A DNA stretch of 64,000 nt. Origin: Corallococcus sp. AB038B (GTDB lineage: Bacteria; Myxococcota; Myxococcia; Myxococcales; Myxococcaceae). The DNA lies in the NCBI RefSeq assembly GCF_003668955.1, contig NZ_RAWO01000002.1, positions 407,605 to 471,604 of the forward strand, in the 5' to 3' direction. The notes below the pieces were generated by a model. It made no database searches, was not told the origin of the DNA, and saw only the letters and a program-made list of their open reading frames with translations. Below are positions 10,441 through 21,028 of the stretch, piece by piece (position 1 is the first letter of the stretch; the number at the start of each line of letters is the position of its first letter). The translations under genes were made by a program, and so were the position numbers.

Positions 10441-10538
10441 GAGATGTCTCAAGAAATCCTCGGGCGGAGGAGGCTGTCCTGCCTGGGAGTGAGTCAGTAC
10501 CATCGGGAGATGGGGGCTGGATCTCGTTGGTGATGGCG

Positions 10539-11156
10539 TTAGCTGGCGAGTTCGAGGAATGTGGCAATCCATGCGGAGAATGAGCCAAGGGCGACACCTC
10601 GAAGCTCTATGAATACGAGTTGGTTCTTGGTGATGCCACTTTGGCCGAGCTTGCCTGGAACCAGTGCTGTGTAGGTTTTCTGTGGCGAATTCGAGTTGTC
10701 GGCAACTGTTATTTGCCAGAACTGTGTCGAGCTGGGGAGCCCAATCATCTTCCAGCCTGTTTGGCCGAGCTGTGCCAGCTCGTGGATGTGTTTCGTTTTT
10801 GGAAGAAGTTCGCGCACTGCTCCGATAAACTGGAGTTTTTGGTTGTGGACTGGATTGGCCCTTTCAAAAGGAGGAGGCCTCCCAGGAGGAGGGGCTGGGA
10901 TGCCCGTCGGAAATGCGTAATCTAGGACCTGTTTGTCGATGGGGATTCCCATTGCTTGGAGCTTGGAGATCGCAGCCCATCCAGTTGGCAGTTGTTCCGA
11001 GGAGCAGTCGTGGTACGGCCATGGAAATGGCTGATTGTCGAATAGGACGACACTGCCGCAAGTGCATTGGAATATGAGGATGTTGGCCTTGCAGTGCCAG
11101 CATTTGGTGGGGAACGTCCAGGTTGTACAGGAGGGGCCATGGGTGGGGACAGACAT
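10539..11156 (-). CDS. Hypothetical protein, low-GC orphan (CxxC..C..C N-terminus)
   Basis: 205 aa ORF in a stretch that looks markedly lower in GC (roughly 50%, by eye) than the ~69% surroundings. N-terminus is CWHCKANILIFQCTCGS. No recognisable family. Confidence 0.4.
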   Translation of the reverse strand: MSVPTHGPSCTTWTFPTKCWHCKANILIFQCTCGSVVLFDNQPFPWPYHDCSSEQLPTGWAAISKLQAMGIPIDKQVLDYAFPTGIPAPPPGRPPPFERANPVHNQKLQFIGAVRELLPKTKHIHELAQLGQTGWKMIGLPSSTQFWQITVADNSNSPQKTYTALVPGKLGQSGITKNQLVFIELRGVALGSFSAWIATFLELAS

Positions 11157-11494
11157 TGTCTGATAATAACCCTGATCTGTCCTTCTCTTCTAATGCTACT
11201 TGGTCGTATCCGCGACGGTCCGAGAGGAGGAGCGCGGGAGCAGATATGACGTAGGCAGAGCGGACAGTGGCCCAGTCGCCGTAGTGGGTCCTCCGCCCCA
11301 GGTGCGGAACACCTTGGCGCTTTCCACCTTCGCCGGGTCGATGCGCATCTCGGACACCGAGGAGTACGTACCCACATGCGCGTCTGACTGAGCCAGTTGC
11401 CAGTTGCTCGTTGCTGAACTGCCACTGGTCATCGAGCTTCCGGCCCTCCTGATCGAGAGGATGCCCCAGCTCCCACCGGCCGGAGAGGTACACG

Positions 11495-11983
11495 TCATCG
11501 GTCAACTTGAAGAACCGCCTCGGCATGAGGTCGTCCGTCCGATGCGGGCTTCTCTGGATCGAGCGCCCAGGTTCCTTCTTCCCAGCGCTTCAATGCCTGC
11601 CCGGCTTCAAAGGGCACGAGCCCCTTGCCCTTGGCGGCTTCCTCCAGGACCGCTTTGGCTTCAGCCGTCCGGTAGCGGAGCAGATGGGCGGCGGCCATGA
11701 CACGCACATCCATGCGCTCATGCTTGAGCAGGACGAGGAGGGCGTCACGCCCTTGTCGGGACCACACTTCCATCGCAATCTGAAGCGCTTCGTGTCCAGC
11801 GTGAAGACGCTGAAGGAGGCGTGGATCAAATACAAAGGCAGTGAGATGAGGATGAAGCGATTCATCTCGCAGATGCCTGCCACGCGCGGATCGTGGGGAT
11901 GAGTGGCGGTAGGGCACGGGAATCGAACTCGCCAGGGACTGCTCTCGCAGCCCCTCACCGGTTTTGAAGACCGGGCCGGCCAC
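11495..11983 (-). CDS. DUF2019-like protein (possible polymorphic-toxin immunity family), start uncertain
   Basis: The segment LLKHERMDVRVMAAAHLLRYRTAEAKAVLEEAAKGKGLVPFEAGQALKRWEEGTW matches the DUF2019 signature (H.N..VRL.AA..L....EAr.vLe.ia.s...P.AGdAgm.L..ld.G). The N-terminal 60 aa of the ORF look non-native. Confidence 0.4.
   Translation of the reverse strand: MAGPVFKTGEGLREQSLASSIPVPYRHSSPRSARGRHLRDESLHPHLTAFVFDPRLLQRLHAGHEALQIAMEVWSRQGRDALLVLLKHERMDVRVMAAAHLLRYRTAEAKAVLEEAAKGKGLVPFEAGQALKRWEEGTWALDPEKPASDGRPHAEAVLQVDR
11535..11615. repeat. ~85-bp direct repeat, copy 2
   Basis: See copy 1 at 9716..9800. Confidence 0.8.
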
Positions 11984-12044
11984 CAGGTCCGGAGGCCCTA
12001 CCGCTTCCGATTACCGCCGCTCCGCGCCAGTCCGTCAACCACGG

Positions 12045-13010
12045 TCACGCCTTGCGCGCGGACACCACGGCGTACTCGTCGCAGTTGAACAGAGCGGGCC
12101 ACTGGAGCTGCTCCGGTGTCATCCTCATCGCCTTGTGCACGTCCGCGCGCACCTGGTGCAGGGACGTGCTCCCCGGATTGCGCTCCAGCTGCGTCATGCC
12201 CCGCAGCGCCACCAGCGCCGTGTTCACCGCCGGGTACACATCCTCCGCGATGGACTCCACCTTCACGTCCTGGAACCCCGCCCGCCGCAGCTCCTCCCGG
12301 TAGCGCTCCGTCGACCAGACATTCTCCTCCGGGAAGGCAATCAGCCCCCGCCAGTAGCGGTAGCGCAGCCGCGCTCGGAGTCCTGCTCCAGCCTCACGGT
12401 CCGTCTTCTGCGCCATGTCCGCCATCACCAGCCGGCCTCCCGGCTTCAGCACCCGGAAGGCCTCGCGCAGGAAGTCCTGCCGCATCCGGAAGTGCATCGC
12501 GGACTCCAGCGCGAACACCACATCGAACGCTCCCGCCCCCGGCAGCGCCGTCGCGCTCCCCACCTCCAGCCGGACCACACCCTCCAGCCCCGTCAGCTTC
12601 ACGCGCTCCCGGCCCACCTTCACCTGGTTCGGCGTGATGTTCACCCCGACGATGCTCGCGGGCTTGAACTCCTCCGCCCACAGCAGGTCCTGGTCCGCGT
12701 ACCCGAAGCCGCAGTCCAAGACGGCATCCCCAGGCCCCAGCTTCGCCGTCCTCGCCAACAGGCGCGCCATCTCCGCCTGCGCGGACCGGAACAGCTCCCC
12801 CACGCGCTCCACGTTGGAGTCGTCCACCTTCTCCACGTGCTTCCAGTAGCCCAGGTTGATCCAGAAGGGCTCACGGCCCGTCGTCACCCGGATGTCGCTC
12901 GGTGCCGGCATCCCCGCCACCCAGGCCCCTGTCTCGTTCGTATAGAAGCGCTCCGGGTCCGCCAGGAACGCACTCTTCAGCCGCGTCGCGACCTGCCTCA
13001 CGTTGACCAT
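12045..13010 (-). CDS. Class I SAM-dependent methyltransferase
   Basis: Motif I VLDCGFGYADQ and motif post-I/II (GAFDVVFALE, LKPGGRLVM). Cyclopropane-fatty-acyl/erythromycin-MTase-like fold. Confidence 0.8.
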   Translation of the reverse strand: MVNVRQVATRLKSAFLADPERFYTNETGAWVAGMPAPSDIRVTTGREPFWINLGYWKHVEKVDDSNVERVGELFRSAQAEMARLLARTAKLGPGDAVLDCGFGYADQDLLWAEEFKPASIVGVNITPNQVKVGRERVKLTGLEGVVRLEVGSATALPGAGAFDVVFALESAMHFRMRQDFLREAFRVLKPGGRLVMADMAQKTDREAGAGLRARLRYRYWRGLIAFPEENVWSTERYREELRRAGFQDVKVESIAEDVYPAVNTALVALRGMTQLERNPGSTSLHQVRADVHKAMRMTPEQLQWPALFNCDEYAVVSARKA

Positions 13011-13188
13011 CGCCAGCCTCCTGGGCCTTCCAACCGATGGCCGGAACCCTAGCCCGTGTCACGGCAATTCCAGGCTTGGCCTGCATGGCGGTTTTCACTG
13101 GTGAATGAAGCGGGGCCGCTCGCCCGGTGTCCCAGGGGGCGCCTTGCCCGGCGCGTCATCCGGGCTCCATGATGAGCGCCCTTCCGCC

Positions 13189-15588
13189 ATGCGCCGAACC
13201 TTCCGTTCCGTCCTCCTGGCACCGGGCTTCTTTCCGGTGCCCGTCCTGCTGCTGTGTCTGTGTCTGTCCTTGAGCGCGGGGGCAGCACCGGCGGCGACGA
13301 ACGCCAGGCCGTTCCGCGTCGGGCCTCCCGCCGCGTGGGTGAAGCCGCTTCCCATTCCTCCAGACCCCGGCCCGACTCCCGAGGGCGAGGAGGAGACCAG
13401 CGTCTCCCGGCTGCTGATCGAGGAACAGGTGCGCGTGTCCGGCCCGTCGCGCGTGCACTACCTGCACTCGGCCCAGAAGGTCCTCTCGCCGCGGGGCATC
13501 GACCGCGTCACGGACATCCAGTTCCGCTTCGATCCGACGTACCAGAAGCTCACCGTCCACGGCATCTGGCGCATCCGCGATGGCCGCCGCGAGGACGTCT
13601 TCCAGCCCGCCGAGGCCCGCGTCATCCAGCAGGAGACCGAGCTCCAGAACCGGCTCTACAACGGCAACCTCTCCGTGGTGCCCTTCCTCCGCGACGTGCG
13701 CGTGGGCGACACCGTGGAGGTCGCGTACTCCTTCGAAGGCGCCAACCCCGTCTTTGGCGGACGCTTCTCCGACGTCGTCGGCGTGGGCCATTCCTATCCC
13801 GTGGTCCACTTCGCCTACCGGCTGCTGTGGCCGGAAGGGCGGGGGCGCACGCTCTTCATCCGGGACTTCGCCGCGCCGGGCTTGTCGCGCTCGGAGTCGA
13901 TGCTGAACGGCGAGCGTGAAATCATCCTGGAGCGCCACCACGTGCCCGCGGTCCGCCACGAGGACAACGTCCCCGGCTGGCAGCCCGTCTACCCGTGGAT
14001 CCAGTTCAGCGAATACAAGGACTGGAACGACGTCGCGCGCTGGGCCTCCACGCTGTTCCAGGTGCCCGCCCGCTCGAAGTCGCTGGAGCAGGAGGTCCGC
14101 CGACTGTCGAAGGAGCCCACCCCGGAGGCGCGCTTCCTCGCCGCGCTTCGCTTCGTCCAGGACGAGGTTCGCTACCTGGGCATCGAGATGGGCCCCAACT
14201 CCCACCAGCCCCATCCGCCCGACGAGGTCCTCCAGCGCCGCTTCGGCGACTGCAAGGACAAGTCGCTCCTCTTGGTATCGCTCCTCAAGGGACTGGGCAT
14301 CGACGCGCAGCCGGCGCTCGTGAGCACGGACCTCACGCAGTTGCTGGACGGCTTGCGTCCCACCGCCACCGCGTTCAACCACGTCATCGTCCACGCCACC
14401 GTGGCTGGCCGCGAACTTTGGGTGGATCCCACGGCGGCGCTGGAGCGCGGCGGGCTCGACAGCTACGAGCCGCCCTCCTACGGCCGGGCCCTCCTCGTCG
14501 CCCCCGGCACCACGGCGCTCTCCGTCATCCCCACGCCCACGCTGACGGAGCCCTCCATCTTCGTGGACGAGACGTACGTCGCGAAGGGCCGCGACGGGGC
14601 CGCGACACTCGACGTCGTCACCACTCGCACGGGGGCGGCCGCCAACTCCATGCGCCGCGCGCTCGCGGGCACGTCCCTGTCCGAGGTGTCCCGCCTCTAC
14701 TTCAACTACTACGCGAAGACGGACGCGGACATCTCCATCGCGAAGCCCATGTCGGTGGACGACGACACCGTGACGAACGTGCTCGTCACGCAGGAGCACT
14801 ACCGCATCGAGGACTTCTGGACCTCGGACGGTCGCCGGGAGTTCCGCGCGCATGGCCTGCGCCAGTACCTCGCCGTGCCGAACTACTCCCACCGCGCCTT
14901 CCCGCTGGAGGTGGAGCACCCCGTCTTCGCCCGCCACCGCATCACGCTGAAGGCAGGCGAGCTGCCCCCCGTCAAAACGGAGTACGAGGTCGTGGACGGT
15001 CCGGCCTTCCGCTTCGTGGCCGACACCCGCGCCGAAGGCAAGACGCTGCTGCTCGACTACAGCTACCGCAGCACCGCGGACTCGGTCCCGCCCGAGCGCA
15101 TCGCCGAGTACGTGAAGGCCGTGCGCGCCACCGAGGCCCAGCGCGGCTACGCCATCCAACTCAGGAGCCGGGCCGCCCGCGACCAGGCCTCATCCGTTCC
15201 GTCCGGCGAGGCGGGTGCCATCCTCCTGGGCGTCATCGCGACGTGCCTCGTGCTGTGGTTCGTCATCGCGCAGGGCGGCCCGGTGGCGCTCTGGCGCAAG
15301 GGCCGCGCGTGGGGCCGGCGCCGGGCCTTCGCACGCAAGTTCGACGCGGACCACCGGGGCGACAGCGCGGGAACTGCCATCCCCATCACCAGCCCGCAGG
15401 AGCTGTTGTCCACGCTGGGCCGGCTGCGCTGCGCCTGTGGAGCCACCAGCGAGGCCCCACGGGACTCGCTCCGCCACGAGGCCGTCGTCCTGGGCGACCG
15501 CCACCTCACCCTGGTGCAGTGGCAGTGCCCCACCTGCGCCCGCGCCCGCCGCGCCTACTTCGAGGACAAGGGCTCGCGCGCCGCCTGA
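13189..15588 (+). CDS. DUF3857 + transglutaminase-like cysteine protease domain protein with C-terminal TM helix and zinc-ribbon
   Basis: Signal peptide from internal Met (MRRTFRSVLLAPGFFPVPVLLLCL). Transglutaminase core RFGDCKDKSLLLVSLLKGLGI (Cys nucleophile). C-terminal hydrophobic helix and a CxC...CPTC ribbon. The six-frame track start at 13105 is probably too far upstream. Confidence 0.75.
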   Translation: MRRTFRSVLLAPGFFPVPVLLLCLCLSLSAGAAPAATNARPFRVGPPAAWVKPLPIPPDPGPTPEGEEETSVSRLLIEEQVRVSGPSRVHYLHSAQKVLSPRGIDRVTDIQFRFDPTYQKLTVHGIWRIRDGRREDVFQPAEARVIQQETELQNRLYNGNLSVVPFLRDVRVGDTVEVAYSFEGANPVFGGRFSDVVGVGHSYPVVHFAYRLLWPEGRGRTLFIRDFAAPGLSRSESMLNGEREIILERHHVPAVRHEDNVPGWQPVYPWIQFSEYKDWNDVARWASTLFQVPARSKSLEQEVRRLSKEPTPEARFLAALRFVQDEVRYLGIEMGPNSHQPHPPDEVLQRRFGDCKDKSLLLVSLLKGLGIDAQPALVSTDLTQLLDGLRPTATAFNHVIVHATVAGRELWVDPTAALERGGLDSYEPPSYGRALLVAPGTTALSVIPTPTLTEPSIFVDETYVAKGRDGAATLDVVTTRTGAAANSMRRALAGTSLSEVSRLYFNYYAKTDADISIAKPMSVDDDTVTNVLVTQEHYRIEDFWTSDGRREFRAHGLRQYLAVPNYSHRAFPLEVEHPVFARHRITLKAGELPPVKTEYEVVDGPAFRFVADTRAEGKTLLLDYSYRSTADSVPPERIAEYVKAVRATEAQRGYAIQLRSRAARDQASSVPSGEAGAILLGVIATCLVLWFVIAQGGPVALWRKGRAWGRRRAFARKFDADHRGDSAGTAIPITSPQELLSTLGRLRCACGATSEAPRDSLRHEAVVLGDRHLTLVQWQCPTCARARRAYFEDKGSRAA

Positions 15589-15591
15589 CGC

Positions 15592-15894
15592 CTACTGGCA
15601 GATGCCCGGGCAGTCCGCGCTGCCCCCGGGCTGGCACGTGTCGGACGGATCATCCACGCAGGTGTTCCCGGACACGTTCCCCGCGCAGCCTCCGAAGAGG
15701 CCGCCGCAGCACTCGACGTACCCCTCCGGCACGTCACACGGCGTCGGGAAGGACTTGCACGTCTCGCTGTCCGAGCGCGCGAACACCACCACCTGCGGAC
15801 ACGTGCGCGGCTCTTCTTCGTCGTCGCCCAGACAGCCCGTCAGACCCAGCACCACCATCAGCCCCAGCTTCGTCCATGCATGCATGGCGCGCAT
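15592..15894 (-). CDS. Small Cys-rich lipoprotein (about 100 aa, 12 Cys)
   Basis: MRAMHAWTKLGLMVVLGLTGC lipobox, then a Cys-rich acidic mature part. Stop is 4 nt after the stop of the converging 13189..15588 gene. Confidence 0.45.
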   Translation of the reverse strand: MRAMHAWTKLGLMVVLGLTGCLGDDEEEPRTCPQVVVFARSDSETCKSFPTPCDVPEGYVECCGGLFGGCAGNVSGNTCVDDPSDTCQPGGSADCPGICQ

Positions 15895-15914
15895 CAGGGC
15901 AGGGGAGAACGGCG

Positions 15915-16988
15915 CTAGTCCAGCCCCCGCTCCCACAGGTCGTCTTCATCCAGACCCATCAAGTGACCGACTTCGTGCATCACCGTGATGCCAATCTGTT
16001 CGATGAGTTCCTCGCGGGTCCGCGCGAAACGCTCCAGGTTCTTCTGGTACAGCACGATGGAGGGCGGGAAGTGATCCGCCGCGTCCATCACGCTGCGCTC
16101 GCCCACGGGCGTGCCCCGGAACACCCCCAGGATGCACGGCGACAGCGGCGGCTGCTGACCCAGCAGGTCCTCATCCGACGGCAGGTCCTCCACCGCCAGC
16201 GTCACGTTGTCCATGTACTGCTTCACCTGGGAGGGCAGGGCGCGCATCGCGTCCTCCACCGCGCGGTCGAACGCCGCCTCCTCCAGGGCCACCGGCGGCG
16301 GCAGCTCTTCCGGGGCCAGCGCCTGCGCCCGGGAGAAGCGCTTCTTCGCCTCCTTCGCATCCTGGCGCCGCTCCGCGACGAGCCCCAGGTAGTGGTGCGC
16401 CCAGGCTTCATCCGGCGCGTCCTTCAACACCCGCTCGAAGGACTCCTGCGCGGGCGCGAAGCGGCACAATTCGAAGAGCGCGATGCCCCGCTCCAGCTGC
16501 GCGTCCGTCGAGCGCGGCATGTGCGTCAGCGCCTGGTCCAGGATTTTCAGCGCGGACTCACATTCCCCCAACTGGTTGAGGCCCATGCCCTCCAGGAGGA
16601 GGAACTCGTAGACGAGCTCCACGTCATCGGCCCGCTGCGCAAGCTTCCGTCCGCGGCCGCACCACTCCAGCCCTTCCTCCACCGCCTCGCGGTCCTCGCC
16701 GGTACGGCACACGAGGAATTCCGCCGCGCCGAAAAGGATCTCCAGGTCTTCCGGGGCCAGCTTGAGGGCGGCGCCATAGGCCTTGCCCGCGTCCTCCAGG
16801 CGTCCCACCTCCACCAGCGCGGCGGCCCGGTAGTGCAGGGCTTCTGGTGAGTCCGGAACGTCCCGGAGCAGGGCGTCGGCGCTGGTGAGCGCGGCCTCGA
16901 AGTCCCTGGCCTCGAAGGCGTCAGCGAGCCCCTCCAGCCGCGCGTCCACGCCTCGCGCCTCCCCTTGCTTCGCCATGCGCTTCGCCAT
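15915..16988 (-). CDS. TPR-repeat protein with C-terminal zincin-like metallopeptidase domain (HEVGH)
   Basis: Several TPR units (ALHYRAAALVEVGRLEDAGKAY...). C-terminal ITVMHEVGHLMGLDEDDL, typical of the minimal metallopeptidase family. Confidence 0.7.
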   Translation of the reverse strand: MAKRMAKQGEARGVDARLEGLADAFEARDFEAALTSADALLRDVPDSPEALHYRAAALVEVGRLEDAGKAYGAALKLAPEDLEILFGAAEFLVCRTGEDREAVEEGLEWCGRGRKLAQRADDVELVYEFLLLEGMGLNQLGECESALKILDQALTHMPRSTDAQLERGIALFELCRFAPAQESFERVLKDAPDEAWAHHYLGLVAERRQDAKEAKKRFSRAQALAPEELPPPVALEEAAFDRAVEDAMRALPSQVKQYMDNVTLAVEDLPSDEDLLGQQPPLSPCILGVFRGTPVGERSVMDAADHFPPSIVLYQKNLERFARTREELIEQIGITVMHEVGHLMGLDEDDLWERGLD

Positions 16989-17076
16989 TCGGGCCGGCAG
17001 CTAAGAAGCCGTCCTTCGCGTTGTCAACGACCGGCGTCGCTGTTACCTTCCAGCGCCCCGTTTCGGCCCGAACCCC

Positions 17077-17433
17077 GTGAACATCCTGGTCGTCGACGAC
17101 GATTACGAGCTGTGCACCATGCTCTCTCGCTACCTGGAGATGCATGGCTACACCGTGTTCTCGGCGTCGGACGCGCTCCAGGCCCTGGACATCATGGAGC
17201 GTCACCCCGTGGGGTTGGTCATCACCGACTACCTGATGCCCCACCTGGACGGCATCCACTTCACGGAGATGCTGAAGGCGGACCCCCGCTTCCAGCGCAT
17301 CTCCGTCCTGATGATGACCGCCAGCACGGACGCCAACATCTCGGACCGGGGCCTGCGCAAGGGCGTCGCCATCACCCTGCAGAAGCCCCTGGACATGGGG
17401 CAGCTGCTCAACCTCGTGCGCTTCGCGGAGTAG
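17077..17433 (+). CDS. Single-domain CheY-like response regulator
   Basis: ILVVDDD ... VITDYLMPHLDG ... MMTAS receiver signature. Confidence 0.8.
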   Translation: MNILVVDDDYELCTMLSRYLEMHGYTVFSASDALQALDIMERHPVGLVITDYLMPHLDGIHFTEMLKADPRFQRISVLMMTASTDANISDRGLRKGVAITLQKPLDMGQLLNLVRFAE

Positions 17434-17537
17434 GGCCTTCCCGGGCCGTCTGGGCCCCCCACCCAGGCGGGCCAGTAGGCGTCCTCAGGCCCACACGTCT
17501 GCCCCTTTCCGTTGACATCGTCGATGCGGCCCTTATG

Positions 17538-17564
17538 TTGGCGCTCGACATGGCCGAGTGCTAA
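17538..17564 (+). promoter_or_regulatory. CIRCE (HrcA operator) inverted repeat upstream of groEL
   Basis: TTGGCGCTC-GACATGGCC-GAGTGCTAA versus consensus TTAGCACTC-N9-GAGTGCTAA. Two mismatches in the left arm, right arm perfect. Sits 49 bp upstream of the groEL ATG. Confidence 0.6.
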
Positions 17565-19256
<1,692 letters not shown>

Positions 19257-19290
19257 GCCGACGTAACGGCTCCGTAGCTTCGTAGGGTTT

Positions 19291-19342
19291 CCGGCCCCGG
19301 TGGGCTCCGCGAGAGCGGGGCGCCCGGGGCCGGAGTCTTTTT
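19291..19342. terminator. Bidirectional intrinsic terminator between groEL and the converging hybrid kinase gene
   Basis: ccggccccgg ... ccggggccgg 10-bp GC stem with a structured loop, followed by agtcttttt. Lies between the two converging stop codons. Confidence 0.5.
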
Positions 19343-20871
19343 CAGGAAGCGGTCTTCTTGAAGGCCAGGCCCAGCTCGCGGCTGAGCGCGGAGGTGTCGG
19401 AGAGCAGCTTGGGCAGGCACGCGGCGGCCCCGGCGCGCAGCGACGCCAGCGCCGTGTCCATGGTGAGGTGCTCGGCCAGGACGACGAAGGGCGCGCCCTG
19501 GCTCAGGGCCCGGGCCAGCTCCAGCGCCTTCTTGCCGTAGGCCGGCGCGAAGTCCCACGACACCACCACGCCCACGGGCGGCTCCATGGTGGCCACCTCC
19601 GCGCCCGCGACGACGCGCGCCTCCAGGCCCAGCAGCGTCAGCGCCTCTGAAATCAGCCGCGCGGTGGCCGGGTTGTCCTCCAGCACGTCCACCCGGCGCA
19701 CGCCAGCGCTGGGGGCGGGGACAGGCGGCGCGGCCGGCGTGTACAGCGCCTGCCGCAGCAGCGCGCGCACCTGGCGGATGTCGTCGAAGGGCTTGAGCAG
19801 GTAGTCCACCACGCCCAGCTGCAGCGCCTGCTGCGTCGTCACCAGCGAGGGGTAGCCCGTCATCAGGATGACGCGCGACGCGGGGTCCAGCTTCCGCGCG
19901 TGCTGGGCCAGCTCCAGGCCGGAGATGCCGGGCAGGTTCTTGTCCGTGACGATGAGGTCCACGCGCGACGAGCGGAGGATTTCGAGCGCGGCCTCGCCCG
20001 TGGCCGCTTCAATGACCTCGCACTCCTTGTCCATCAGGTCCTTGAAGACCATCCGGATGATGCCCTCGTCGTCCACCACCAGCAGGCGCTTGCGCGGCGG
20101 GCGCGGCGCGTCCGTGGGCGGGAAGAGCACGCGGAACACAGTGGCCGGGGGCGGCACCTCGCGCAGCGTCGTGGGCGGCACCAGGGCAATCTGCGCGTGG
20201 TGCTCCTGCGCGATGCGACGACAGACGGCGAGCCCCAGGCCCGTGCCGCGTTTGCTGGCGGAGACGTAGGGTTCGAAGATGCGCGTCTTCAGCTCGTCCG
20301 GGATGCCCGGTCCCCAGTCGGACACGTAGAGGGCCGCGGAGGCGCCATCGCGCGTGAGCGTCACCTTCACGCGGCCCCGGCCGGACATGGCGTCGCGGGC
20401 GTTGTTGAGCAGGTTGAGCGTGAGCTGCTCAATCAGCCGCGCGTTGCCCTGGATGGTGAGGTCCTCGGGGGCCTCCACCTCCAGGGAGATGCGCGCCGAG
20501 TCCGGGTTGACGCTGAACACCTTCGCCGCCGCCCAGATGGGCGCGGCCAGGGACAGCCGCTGCTGCGGGGCCGGCCGCTCGCTGGCCAGGCGGATGAAGT
20601 CGGAGACGATCTGCTCCATCCGCTCCACCTGCGCGAGCAGCAGCTTCAGCGGGCCGCTGGAGCCTCCTTCCTCGGCCAGCAGCTGGGCGTAGGCCTTCGC
20701 GCCCAGCAGGGGCTGACGCAGCTCATGGAGGACCTCCGCGGCGACCTGATGGGTGTGGGCGTTGGCGCGTTGCAGCGCCACGGCCGCGAGCCGTGCCTTC
20801 TCCAGGTCCCCCGCGTCCAGGGCCTGGAGAAGCTGCGCGAGCGCCGAGGGGGTCTCCATGCGCGGGAGCAT
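19342..20871 (-). CDS. Hybrid sensor histidine kinase / response regulator (HisKA-HATPase-REC plus degenerate C-terminal REC)
   Basis: H-box HELRQPLLGAKAY. N/G boxes NLLNNARDAM, DWGPGIP, GTGLGLAVC. Receiver LLVVDDEGI...LIVTDKNLPGISG. A second receiver-like domain lies at the C-terminus. Confidence 0.85.
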   Translation of the reverse strand: MLPRMETPSALAQLLQALDAGDLEKARLAAVALQRANAHTHQVAAEVLHELRQPLLGAKAYAQLLAEEGGSSGPLKLLLAQVERMEQIVSDFIRLASERPAPQQRLSLAAPIWAAAKVFSVNPDSARISLEVEAPEDLTIQGNARLIEQLTLNLLNNARDAMSGRGRVKVTLTRDGASAALYVSDWGPGIPDELKTRIFEPYVSASKRGTGLGLAVCRRIAQEHHAQIALVPPTTLREVPPPATVFRVLFPPTDAPRPPRKRLLVVDDEGIIRMVFKDLMDKECEVIEAATGEAALEILRSSRVDLIVTDKNLPGISGLELAQHARKLDPASRVILMTGYPSLVTTQQALQLGVVDYLLKPFDDIRQVRALLRQALYTPAAPPVPAPSAGVRRVDVLEDNPATARLISEALTLLGLEARVVAGAEVATMEPPVGVVVSWDFAPAYGKKALELARALSQGAPFVVLAEHLTMDTALASLRAGAAACLPKLLSDTSALSRELGLAFKKTAS

Positions 20872-21028
20872 GGCGGAGGCAGGTGTTCACGTGCAACGCA
20901 CCCCCAGCGGGATTCGGTTGACCGCGCTCGCGACCGAACGGATGCTCGCGCACGCCTTCCAGCCTGGCCTGATGGAAACGCTGCTGCCCGCTCGCTTGCT
21001 GGAAACCCTCCCTGTCGCTGAGGTCCTC

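Noticed and set aside
13156-15159. 667-aa minus-strand ORF
   Set aside because: Antisense to the DUF3857/transglutaminase-like gene. Arg/Gly/Val-rich low-complexity translation.
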